Positions 1 to 8,295 of a DNA stretch of 64,000 bases are shown piece after piece. Numbering within the stretch: position 1 is the stretch's first letter; each line of letters begins with the position of its first letter. The translations under genes and the position numbers were made by a program. This DNA is from Phycisphaerae bacterium (GTDB lineage: Bacteria > Planctomycetota > Phycisphaerae > UBA1845 > Fen-1342): the NCBI GenBank assembly GCA_963675745.2, contig CAXXWX010000023.1:160001-224000 (forward strand), written 5' to 3'. The notes beneath the pieces are model-generated. The model ran no database searches. It worked only from the letters and a program-made list of their open reading frames with translations, and was not told the DNA's origin.

Positions 1-2006
1 TCGTCCACGCCATTAGCATTGCAGTCATGTACCACGACGGCCTGTGCCACACCGGCCAGCGCATCGGCGCGCAGGATCACGAAGTCATTGTCGCCATCAA
101 TCTCAAAGCTGAACGCCGGCCCGTCGATTGTGCGCCCGTCCTGGCTTATGGCGTCCCAGGTTCCGAACAGCGTCGGCTTCCAGTTGTAGTGACCGGGTGA
201 CAGGCCTCCGAGTGTGATTTCGTATACGGACGGCGCGACCTCGCTCATGAGGGCGTTGGGATCACTTGGATTCCACGCGTTCCAGTCGCCAACGGCGGCC
301 CACGGCCCGGGAGCGCTGCTGAGAATCAACCGATCGTGATCGGGCAGCCAACCGTCTTGATGCGTGCGCGCATCGTACTGCACGGTGATCGTGCCGTTGG
401 GGTCGGCGTAGAGCCAACTGTTCGCCGGCGGCAACGCGCGTTCCCAGGTGCCGTTTGTCACCTTGAATTCCTGGCGCAGGCTGTTCGGGTCCAGAGAATA
501 CAGGGTGAGTTCGTGTACACCCGGTGCGATGTATGCCATCGGGTCGCTGGCGGGATTCCAGCCGTTGAAGCCACCGGCCAGATACGGGTGCAGGATGAAC
601 TGGTCGCAGAGTCCGGTCTCACACTCGACATACTCCCCAATGAACTCGCCGCCGACTGAGTAGCACTCATGGCGCGGGCGCTCGGTGCAGACCGTGTCCT
701 CGCAGCACGCTCCCTGTACGCACGGTCCCCACGAGCAGTCGCTGTATCGTCCCAGGAAGACGCCGCCATACATGGTGCAGTCTTCCTCGAGCATGAAGTC
801 GTAGCAGTCAGACTCGACGCAACAGGCACCGGGTGCGGGTATCAGGCAGGGGCACCCGTCGCAATTCTCACCCTCTTCGAATACGCCGCCCAGCGACGCG
901 CATTCCGTCGCGTCGGTCACGTGGCACTCGCCGGCATATCCGTTGTCGAAGCAACAGCGTCCGGCCGGAGTGCCGTCACAGGGATTGCCGTCACAGGGGA
1001 CGTTGTCACCCAGATAGACACCGCCGCTGCCGGCGCAAGTGGTCGGATCGGACTGCAGGCAATTCGAGCCCAGACAGCACGCGCCGCTCAGCAGCGGGTA
1101 TAGCGACACCGTCACCGGCGTGGCGCCGCCGAACAGCCCCAACATGGTTCCGCGTGGCTCACCGGGCTCGAGCGCGCCGCCGAGACCGCCCAGCATCTGG
1201 TTTGATATGTAGTCCACGCGGCTGCTGGTGATGAACGCCAGCAGTTCAAGGTCGCCTGACGGGTTACCCAGCGCCGACAGCGGGATGGCGAACTCGATGC
1301 CGGTCAACACCGGATCCGCGGGCGTCTCGTAGTCGATTCCGTAGGTGACGCCGGCCACGTTGCTGTTGTCCAATGCGCATTTGGCAAAGAACGGCGCGCC
1401 GAGATCCGCCCCGGACAGCACACCATCACTCGTGCTGCAACGCGAACTGCCGGCCCCGAGATAATACGCCTCGCCTGGATCGTTCGGATCAACGTACAGG
1501 CGCGCGTAATTCACATGAACCTTGGTGGGCAGACCGAAACACTTGAATGACACGAAGTAATCCGGGGCGAAGCCGGTCGGAAAAGTCAGCCCCGGCCCCG
1601 GCGGCCCCCACATGTCGGGGTTGTTGGGATCAGACGTCCCCATGCGCTGCAAAGCGCGGAAGTCGATTTCCGGATTCTCCGGCCCCAGCAGCGTTGATTG
1701 ACCCTGTCCCGGCAGTGTGTCAAAAAAGAGCACCAGCCGGTCACCGAAATCCGTGTTGAAGTTGCCGGCCAGCACGAGATACAGCGTGTCGCCGTACACG
1801 GCACTGTACAGCGCGTCCAGTTCGGAGCCGGGCGCGATGTCCGGCTCACCGAGATAGCTGTCGCCCATCGAAGTCTGCGTGTCCTGTTCGATGAGCGGAG
1901 ACCCATAGAGCGGATCAGCCGCCGAGCCGTCCATGATGGGCTGTCCGTAGGCGAAGCCGCCGAGCGCCAGCAGCACCAGAGCCAGGCCATAGTGGTTCGT
2001 AGACAT
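1..2006 (-). CDS. Secreted multidomain protein (partial, runs off left edge): DOMON/CBM9-like N-domain, Cys-rich GACC repeats, two putative starch-binding (CBM48/SusEF-like) modules, DCNANG repeat
   Basis: Translated by hand: SD AAGGGAGG then ATG 2006, MSTNHYGLALVLLALGGFAYGQPIMDG (signal peptide). Contains DNSNVAGV..TGIEFAIPLSALG, four G(A/R)CC units, YLAGGFNGWNP and AVGDWNAWNP, and ends DCNANGVD at the edge. The frame stays open to position 1, which is why the ORF track omits it. Confidence 0.85.
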   Translation of the reverse strand, partial: MSTNHYGLALVLLALGGFAYGQPIMDGSAADPLYGSPLIEQDTQTSMGDSYLGEPDIAPGSELDALYSAVYGDTLYLVLAGNFNTDFGDRLVLFFDTLPGQGQSTLLGPENPEIDFRALQRMGTSDPNNPDMWGPPGPGLTFPTGFAPDYFVSFKCFGLPTKVHVNYARLYVDPNDPGEAYYLGAGSSRCSTSDGVLSGADLGAPFFAKCALDNSNVAGVTYGIDYETPADPVLTGIEFAIPLSALGNPSGDLELLAFITSSRVDYISNQMLGGLGGALEPGEPRGTMLGLFGGATPVTVSLYPLLSGACCLGSNCLQSDPTTCAGSGGVYLGDNVPCDGNPCDGTPAGRCCFDNGYAGECHVTDATECASLGGVFEEGENCDGCPCLIPAPGACCVESDCYDFMLEEDCTMYGGVFLGRYSDCSWGPCVQGACCEDTVCTERPRHECYSVGGEFIGEYVECETGLCDQFILHPYLAGGFNGWNPASDPMAYIAPGVHELTLYSLDPNSLRQEFKVTNGTWERALPPANSWLYADPNGTITVQYDARTHQDGWLPDHDRLILSSAPGPWAAVGDWNAWNPSDPNALMSEVAPSVYEITLGGLSPGHYNWKPTLFGTWDAISQDGRTIDGPAFSFEIDGDNDFVILRADALAGVAQAVVVHDCNANGVD

Positions 2007-2146
2007 GATATGCCTCCCTTCGATGCCAACCAGACGAACAACAAGGCGTGCCGCCCGGAGTTCCGGGCAACCGTCGTAGCATCGGCGACGTGGGAGATTG
2101 AGTTCTTGGCGGTTTGACTTGAGCGAACACCCCGTCGCCTAGCCCG

Positions 2147-2175
2147 ATTGTGGCGAACGCGCAGCGCAAAGTCAA
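2147..2175 (-). promoter_or_regulatory. Putative sigma70 promoter for the 1-2006 gene
   Basis: Minus strand TTGACT-N17-CACAAT about 140 nt upstream of ATG 2006. Confidence 0.5.
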
Positions 2176-2330
2176 CGCCGAATGGCGACGGTCGGCGAGC
2201 GTGAGCGTCGCGCCGAGGATTGCACGGCCGATCGCGCGGCGCTGAATGCCACGAGACCGAAGGGGCGGGGCACCAACTAAGCCATCGCGAAGTTGCGGCG
2301 CCCCTGCAAGCCGCAGCCCCGCGCGCTCAA

Positions 2331-2516
2331 TCAGCCGGACAGCAGCGCAACGAACGCGTCGATGTCGCCGTTGTTGATCAGCCCGTCATCGTTGCAGTCC
2401 GCGAGATCGCCGTCGCAGTCCGGGTAGGTCGCGCTGTATGTCGCGGGATCGGTCAGCGCCAGCACGAATGGGTCGATATCGCCGTTGTTGATCAGACCGT
2501 CGCAGTTCAGGTCGCC
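2331..2516 (-). repeat. Dockerin-like C-terminal domain, copy 1
   Basis: GDLNCDGLINNGDIDPFVLALTDP...PDCD..LADCNDDGLINNGDIDAF; near-identical to the copies at 8037 and 13953. Confidence 0.9.
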
Positions 2517-5339
2517 AACGTCGTAGGTTGAGCCGAGGTAGAACGGCGCATACTCGCCGGCGTCGACATTCCCGTCGCTGTTGATCGAGGCCGGGCACTG
2601 GGCGATATCGGTCAGCGCGTCACCGTCGTTGGTGCCGTACGGTGCGAACGCCAGGTAGACGACCTCGGGCATGCTGCCGAACTCGCCGACCAGGTCGAGC
2701 GTACCCTCCAGGTAGCCGCCGTTCGCACCGGTCGCGGCCTGTGTCGCGCCGCTCGCGTCGAACCAGCCCTCGTAGTCGTTGTCGTTTTCGTCGGCGAGGA
2801 AGGCGCTCCAAGCAGCCACCTGCCCCGACTTCGCCCACGGCGCCGCCTGAAACGCGCCGGGTGGGTTGGCCACGAAGATGAAGTGATCGTTGCCCTCGCC
2901 GGCGTCGAGTGCCGCCACATACAGCGTCGAGCCGCTCACGCCCGCATAGAGCACGAGCGCGCCGTTCTCCGCGACCAGCGTCGCGCCGGCGTCGAGCTGC
3001 CCGTCCATGACCCACTCGCCCGGGCCACCGCCCTCGACCGTGAAGTGCCAGTCGGCACCGCCGTTGTTGTCCCAGGTGCTGGCGCCGTCGTTGAAGACCA
3101 TGTCGAGCTGCGTGGCGCTGGATTGCACGCTGACGGTGATCTGCCAAACCGAGTCGGTCGCGTTCCACGTCATGGCCGGGTCGGGCGAGATGACCGGGTC
3201 CCAGCCATCAAAGCCGTAGTGCAGATAGACCTGCGACGCGCCATCCAGCACACGGCCGGCGGGGTCATAGGAAATCTCGACCGGCGAGCCGGCTTGGGCC
3301 GGATCGGGGTCCAGGACGACGACATCACCGCCGCCACTCCCGCTGCCATCACCAACGTAGACGTGCTGGATCGGGCTGCGCCGCACGTAGCCCTTACCAT
3401 CGATAGCCTCGACGTAGTAGTCGACGAAGGCCTCGCGGATGTCGGTGACCTCGACGTAATACTCGTCGGCGATGTAGTCGGGCATTTCGAAGAAGTCGAT
3501 GCTCGGGTCGCTGAAGAAATTGCCGTCGGGGAAATCGCGATACGTCATGGGCAGTGATTGCCACGTGCCCACGCCGGCCCCGCCGGCATACGTGCGGTTG
3601 TCGTCGTCAATCACGTCGTCGGCATCCAGGCGGTACTTGAGCGTCACGCTGGTGATGCCGCTGACGTCATAGGCAAACGTCCAGATCCAGAAGTCGCCGT
3701 CGTCCTGCACCTGTTGATAGCCGTGCGACGGGCCGAAGTTCAGCGAACCGGGGTTATAAGGAAAACGCTGAGGGATCCAGACCGTCGGCGGAGTCTGGTC
3801 GAGCGAGGCGTCACCGATGACCGGGTCGGCGTATTCCATCGCGCGGTTGCACGCGATAGTTGGCTTGACCTCGAAGTCCTCCGCTGTGCCGTAGTACATG
3901 TAGCCGCTGTTGAAGCTGGCGAGAAAGTAATGCCAGGCCCGCTCGGCGTTCGAGGTGCTCCCGTCGGGATAGAGAATCTTGCTGATATTCACGCCGCCGG
4001 CTATTTGCTCAGCCGTATCAACGCGGTTCTGGGCGGCGGTGATGACGGCCCAGTTGCGCTCGTCTTCGGCCCAGCCGCCGGGGATGTCGATCTGCCCGCC
4101 GGAGTTCACCAGCGGCCAGTTCCAGTTCAGGAAGGTCGGCGAACCGAAATCACCATCGGCATTAACCCAGGCGCCGTCTTCGACGTGCGTGATATCGCCG
4201 GTGGGCACCGGATAGTCGGCCAGGTACTGCTCGATCGTGGTCGGCACATAGCCGCTGCCGCTGGCGCTACCGACGAAGTTGGGCACCGCTTCCATGTAAT
4301 AGCTGTAGCCGCCGCCCCAGGCGTTATCGCCGTCGTGCGCCAGCAGGACAAGCTGCGGCCGGCTGGGGTTGTTCTGCGTCTGAAGCGTATCGAAATGTTC
4401 GAGGCCAAGCGGCGAGTAACCGTCCTTCCAGCCCAGCGCCTGCGCCGCGGGAATCACGACGACTTTGTGCTCGGCCCCGGTGTCGGGATCGACATAACGG
4501 GCATAGTGCGGCGTGTAGGCGTAGGGATACGCGTTGGCCGGCGAGCAGCCGCGGTCGATCTGGAGTCGCAGCCAGTTTGACTGAGACGGGTTAAGCTGAT
4601 CGGCCAGGTTGGGCGGCTCACAGTTAACGCCGCCGGTACCCAGCACGAGCGGGAAGTTGTCACACGCGCGCGAGATGTGCTCGTTGGATACAACGACCCA
4701 GTCGATGCCCTCCTGGTCCAGTACTTTTATCAGACGTTCGGAGAAGGCCGTCTCGGGCGGAAACAGTCCCCGGCTCATGCCCGGACTGCCGCCCCACGCG
4801 TCGGCGTAGATCTCCTGGTAAAGCTGAATCTCCTTGCGCAGGGCGCTGTCGTCGATCAGCGGCAGCAGCGGATGGTGAAACGGGAAGATCACGATGTCGC
4901 AGCGAGTCTTCCCGCCGCTGGTCGTCCAGCCGCGCGCCTCGCGATACGAGTTGTACCAGCCGGAGGAGTATCCGAGCTGGCCGGCGGAACCCAGGCTGTC
5001 GATGTTCTCGATCAACCCGCCGGAATAGCTGACCTGCGCCCCGGCCTTTGCCGCCCAACTGATAGCGCTGATGCAGTCGCGCACACGGTACTGGTAGACA
5101 GCGACACGGTCGTCCTTGCCGAAGATTTCGCGCAGGTTGTTCGACGGGTGCGGCGCGCCGCCGTCGGTGCGCTGGATGGATTCCCAGGCCCGCTCGTAAC
5201 GGTCCGGCGACCCAACTTGCCGGTCAGGCCAGTAAATCGGCTGCTCGAGGTGCCATAGATACGTGAAATTGACGTCTTCAGCCCACGCGGTCGCGCAACC
5301 GAGCGCGACAACGCCGATAAGCAGTGAACGCAGCGACAT
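2331..5339 (-). CDS. Secreted GH57/GH119-like alpha-amylase with CBM25/CBM53-like module, DOMON-like domain and C-terminal dockerin-like domain
   Basis: GGAGG SD before ATG 5339 and signal peptide MSLRSLLIGVVALGCATAWA. Motifs WHLEQPIYWP, GLFPPETAFSE (nucleophile Glu), LAHDGDN (acid/base Asp), HVEDGAWV. CBM-like segment YLHYGFDGW...DMVFNDGASTWDNNGGADW. Dockerin-like tail. Confidence 0.8.
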   Translation of the reverse strand: MSLRSLLIGVVALGCATAWAEDVNFTYLWHLEQPIYWPDRQVGSPDRYERAWESIQRTDGGAPHPSNNLREIFGKDDRVAVYQYRVRDCISAISWAAKAGAQVSYSGGLIENIDSLGSAGQLGYSSGWYNSYREARGWTTSGGKTRCDIVIFPFHHPLLPLIDDSALRKEIQLYQEIYADAWGGSPGMSRGLFPPETAFSERLIKVLDQEGIDWVVVSNEHISRACDNFPLVLGTGGVNCEPPNLADQLNPSQSNWLRLQIDRGCSPANAYPYAYTPHYARYVDPDTGAEHKVVVIPAAQALGWKDGYSPLGLEHFDTLQTQNNPSRPQLVLLAHDGDNAWGGGYSYYMEAVPNFVGSASGSGYVPTTIEQYLADYPVPTGDITHVEDGAWVNADGDFGSPTFLNWNWPLVNSGGQIDIPGGWAEDERNWAVITAAQNRVDTAEQIAGGVNISKILYPDGSTSNAERAWHYFLASFNSGYMYYGTAEDFEVKPTIACNRAMEYADPVIGDASLDQTPPTVWIPQRFPYNPGSLNFGPSHGYQQVQDDGDFWIWTFAYDVSGITSVTLKYRLDADDVIDDDNRTYAGGAGVGTWQSLPMTYRDFPDGNFFSDPSIDFFEMPDYIADEYYVEVTDIREAFVDYYVEAIDGKGYVRRSPIQHVYVGDGSGSGGGDVVVLDPDPAQAGSPVEISYDPAGRVLDGASQVYLHYGFDGWDPVISPDPAMTWNATDSVWQITVSVQSSATQLDMVFNDGASTWDNNGGADWHFTVEGGGPGEWVMDGQLDAGATLVAENGALVLYAGVSGSTLYVAALDAGEGNDHFIFVANPPGAFQAAPWAKSGQVAAWSAFLADENDNDYEGWFDASGATQAATGANGGYLEGTLDLVGEFGSMPEVVYLAFAPYGTNDGDALTDIAQCPASINSDGNVDAGEYAPFYLGSTYDVGDLNCDGLINNGDIDPFVLALTDPATYSATYPDCDGDLADCNDDGLINNGDIDAFVALLSG

Positions 5340-5621
5340 CGTGCGTTTTCCTCCGTTCAAGGGACACACAACCAGCTCGCATCGGCCAGCATAGCAAATC
5401 CGGGTGTCGTATCCAAACCAGGGGCGGCGGCAGGGCGTGGGCAAACGGAATTCCCCCAGCGTAGCGCTGGCCGTCCCGTAATTCACTTCGGTGTCCGGCA
5501 GCCGCGCTGTATAATCGTGTGAATCTGAAATCGGGCAGTTCTGCGGTGCGCCTCCGTGCGACGTGGGGTGGCGTTCGCGCAAATATGCCGAGTTTGCCAC
5601 AAGCTACCAGGGAGTTGAAAG

Positions 5622-8216
5622 ATGCGCCTGCTCATCACCACGGTCGTCCTTATCTCACTACCGCTATCCGCCTGGGCCGCCAGCAACGACAACAACATCG
5701 AGTGGAGCGGCGTGTCCCACATCGGCTGGCAGGACCGCCGCCCCCTGTGCCCAATCGATGGAGAGGAGTTCGAAGTGCTCCTCAAGGTTTACCAGTTTGA
5801 CATCACCGCGGCGCGCGTCTGGGTTAACGACGGCGGTGCCGTGGCTTATGACATGGCCTGGAGTCACGACAGCGGGCCATACGCTGTGTGGACAGGAACC
5901 GTGCCGGCAACGGCCTCGGGTGGCCTGCACTACTTCTTCGAGATCACCGACGGCACCGACACCGACTATTACAGCGTGAGTGGCATGTCCGATGGCACGC
6001 CCGGCGACGGCGGTTTCGAGATCGACTACGTGAATCTCGGCCACGCCCCGATCGGGCAGACGCCCACGTCCGACGGCGGCACGGTGTTCAAGGTCTGGGC
6101 GCCGGGAATCTCCACCGCCGAGCTCAAGGGTGGCTGGAACAGTTGGGGGACGGGCACGCCGATGACCAAGCTCGGTGATTACTTTGTCGGGCACGTGCCA
6201 ACCGCGTCTCCGGGCACGAAAGATGACCCGACCGCCAACTACAAATACGTCCTTGACGGCTCCATGTGGCGAACCGACCCGCGTGCGCGAGCGGTGCATC
6301 CCGGCGACAACTACAACAGCGTCAACACCGACCGCTTCAACTACACCTGGCAAACCGACAGCTACCAGCCGCCAGCGTTTGAAGACCTGATCGTCTACCA
6401 GTTGCACGTCGGGACTTTCGCCGGCCGCAACGATCCATACGGGACCACCTGGGATCCGTCGCGCTACTGGGACGTGATGGATCGCGTGGATCACCTCGCC
6501 GAGTTGGGCGTGACCGCGGTTCAGCTCTGCCCGATTACCGAGTTCGCCTGGGACTGGTCAGCCGGTTACAACCCCGCCTCGCAGTGGGCGATCGAGTCGG
6601 CCTACGGCCACCCGCATGAAGTCAAGATGATGGTCGATGCCCTGCACGACCGCGGCATCGCCGTGCTGCTGGACCTCGTCTGGAACCACCACGGCCCCGA
6701 CGACGACATTCTGTGGGATTTCGTCGGCAGCCAGTGTTACTACGACAGCACGCCCGTGCAGACCGGCTGGGGACCGCAACTCGACTTCGACCGGATCGAG
6801 GTTTTCGAGTACCTCATCCACAGCATGCTGTTCTACCTCGAGGAATACCGCGTCGACGGTTTCCGCTTTGACGGCACGGACTTCATCAATCCATATCAGA
6901 CCGCCGGCTGGTCGCTGATGCAGACCGCCAACGACTGGGTAGACAATCGTTACGTCGATCGGATCATGATCGCCGAGCAACTGCCGTCCGACGCTTACGT
7001 CACACGCCCCACCAGTCTCGGCGGCGCGGGCTTCGATAGCCAGTATCACATGCAGTGGCGCGACGCCGTCCGCAACGCGATCTTCGCGGCGGCTTCCGGC
7101 GACCCGTACATGGGCGCGATCGCGGCCGCCCTCGACGGCAGTGGGACATATCTCGAAGAGACGCAGGTCTACAACTACATCGAGCTGCACGACGAGGCCT
7201 GGCCCAGCAGCGGCGGGCAGCGCATGGTCAAGACGATCGACCCGAGCTGGCCGCACGACAGCGTGTATGCCAAGGGCCGCACCAAGCTCGGCCAGGGCCT
7301 GACGCTCACGGCGCCCGGTATCCCGGCGATCCTCCAGGGCACCGAGTGGCTCGAAGACACCGACTTCGGTGCCGGCGGCCCGGGCCACGACCCCGAGAAC
7401 CGCATCAACTGGGCGATGAAAACGGGCTACGCCGGCATCTTTGAGTACTACAAAGACCTGATCCACGTGCGCAGGACCAACGGGGCGCTGCGGGCCAACG
7501 CCGGCATCGATGTCTCGCACGTCAACGAAGGCTCCAACGTGATCGCCTTCCGCCGATGGGACGGCTCCGGCAACCTCATCGTCGTCATTGCCAACTTCAA
7601 CAACAGCGACTTCCCCATCTACCAGCTCGGCGTGCCCAACGGTGGGACGTGGTATGAGCTGATTAACAGCCAGGCCAGCGGCTATGAGGGCTCGGGCCTG
7701 ACCAACTGCGGCGGCATCGCCGCCAGCGACGATGACTACGAGGGCTTCCCGTATTCACTGTACCTGAAGGTCCCGGGCATGAGCCTGATTGTGCTGCGTC
7801 ACGATGACCCGCCCAATGACTTCCTCGACGCCGACTTCGACCTCTACAACGATGTCTGTGACAACTGCCCCAACACGTGGAACCCCGACCAGGCCGATTA
7901 CAACTTCGACGGCGTGGGCGATGCGTGTGACTGCAACGACAACGGCGTCCGCGATGACGAGGATATCTCCGGCGGGACGAGCCAGGACTCGAACGAGAAC
8001 GGTATCCCGGATGAGTGCGAAGGCATCTACCAGCCGGGCGACCTGAACTGCGACGGGCTGATCAACAACGGCGATATCGACGCATTCGTTTTGGCGCTGA
8101 CCGATCCAGACACGTATGCCACGGTCTACCCGGACTGCGATCGCATGCTCGCCGACTGCAATGGCGACGAAGTCGTCAACAACGGCGACATCGACGCGTT
8201 TATCGCCAAGCTGTAG
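5622..8216 (+). CDS. Secreted GH13 alpha-amylase-family enzyme (branching enzyme/MTHase-like core, CBM48, TSP3-like repeat, dockerin-like tail)
   Basis: Signal peptide, FKVWAP (CBM48), YQLHVGTF, WSAGYNP, LDLVWNH, catalytic triad GFRFDG / IAEQ / ELHDE, DNCPNTWNPDQAD, dockerin-like end. Confidence 0.9.
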   Translation: MRLLITTVVLISLPLSAWAASNDNNIEWSGVSHIGWQDRRPLCPIDGEEFEVLLKVYQFDITAARVWVNDGGAVAYDMAWSHDSGPYAVWTGTVPATASGGLHYFFEITDGTDTDYYSVSGMSDGTPGDGGFEIDYVNLGHAPIGQTPTSDGGTVFKVWAPGISTAELKGGWNSWGTGTPMTKLGDYFVGHVPTASPGTKDDPTANYKYVLDGSMWRTDPRARAVHPGDNYNSVNTDRFNYTWQTDSYQPPAFEDLIVYQLHVGTFAGRNDPYGTTWDPSRYWDVMDRVDHLAELGVTAVQLCPITEFAWDWSAGYNPASQWAIESAYGHPHEVKMMVDALHDRGIAVLLDLVWNHHGPDDDILWDFVGSQCYYDSTPVQTGWGPQLDFDRIEVFEYLIHSMLFYLEEYRVDGFRFDGTDFINPYQTAGWSLMQTANDWVDNRYVDRIMIAEQLPSDAYVTRPTSLGGAGFDSQYHMQWRDAVRNAIFAAASGDPYMGAIAAALDGSGTYLEETQVYNYIELHDEAWPSSGGQRMVKTIDPSWPHDSVYAKGRTKLGQGLTLTAPGIPAILQGTEWLEDTDFGAGGPGHDPENRINWAMKTGYAGIFEYYKDLIHVRRTNGALRANAGIDVSHVNEGSNVIAFRRWDGSGNLIVVIANFNNSDFPIYQLGVPNGGTWYELINSQASGYEGSGLTNCGGIAASDDDYEGFPYSLYLKVPGMSLIVLRHDDPPNDFLDADFDLYNDVCDNCPNTWNPDQADYNFDGVGDACDCNDNGVRDDEDISGGTSQDSNENGIPDECEGIYQPGDLNCDGLINNGDIDAFVLALTDPDTYATVYPDCDRMLADCNGDEVVNNGDIDAFIAKL
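8037..8216 (+). repeat. Dockerin-like C-terminal domain, copy 2
   Basis: GDLNCDGLINNGDIDAFVLALTDP...PDCDRMLADCNGDEVVNNGDIDAF. Confidence 0.9.
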
Positions 8217-8295
8217 CGCAAGCGAAGTCCTGGTGTGCTGGAGGATGTGCGGGGGGCGACTGTCGCTGCGCCCGCGCGCTCTGCCTGATGCTCGC

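Noticed and set aside
5497..5598. Possible c-di-GMP-I riboswitch on the minus strand (GGCAAAC ... ACAGCGCGGCTGCCG) before the GH119-like gene
   Set aside because: Lacks the GAAA tetraloop stem, GACGCAAA and the tetraloop receptor; only the ends resemble the motif. An Rfam scan would settle it.
5340..5600. N-terminal extensions given by the ORF track (also 10654-10785, 37899-38219, 44915-45034, 56444-56620)
   Set aside because: Downstream starts have SD sequences and/or place signal peptides at the N-terminus; the extensions look non-coding
2446..8107. Invertible segment bounded by the inverted dockerin-coding repeats
   Set aside because: The similarity is explained by protein-level constraint (differences mostly synonymous); no invertase and no evidence of inversion
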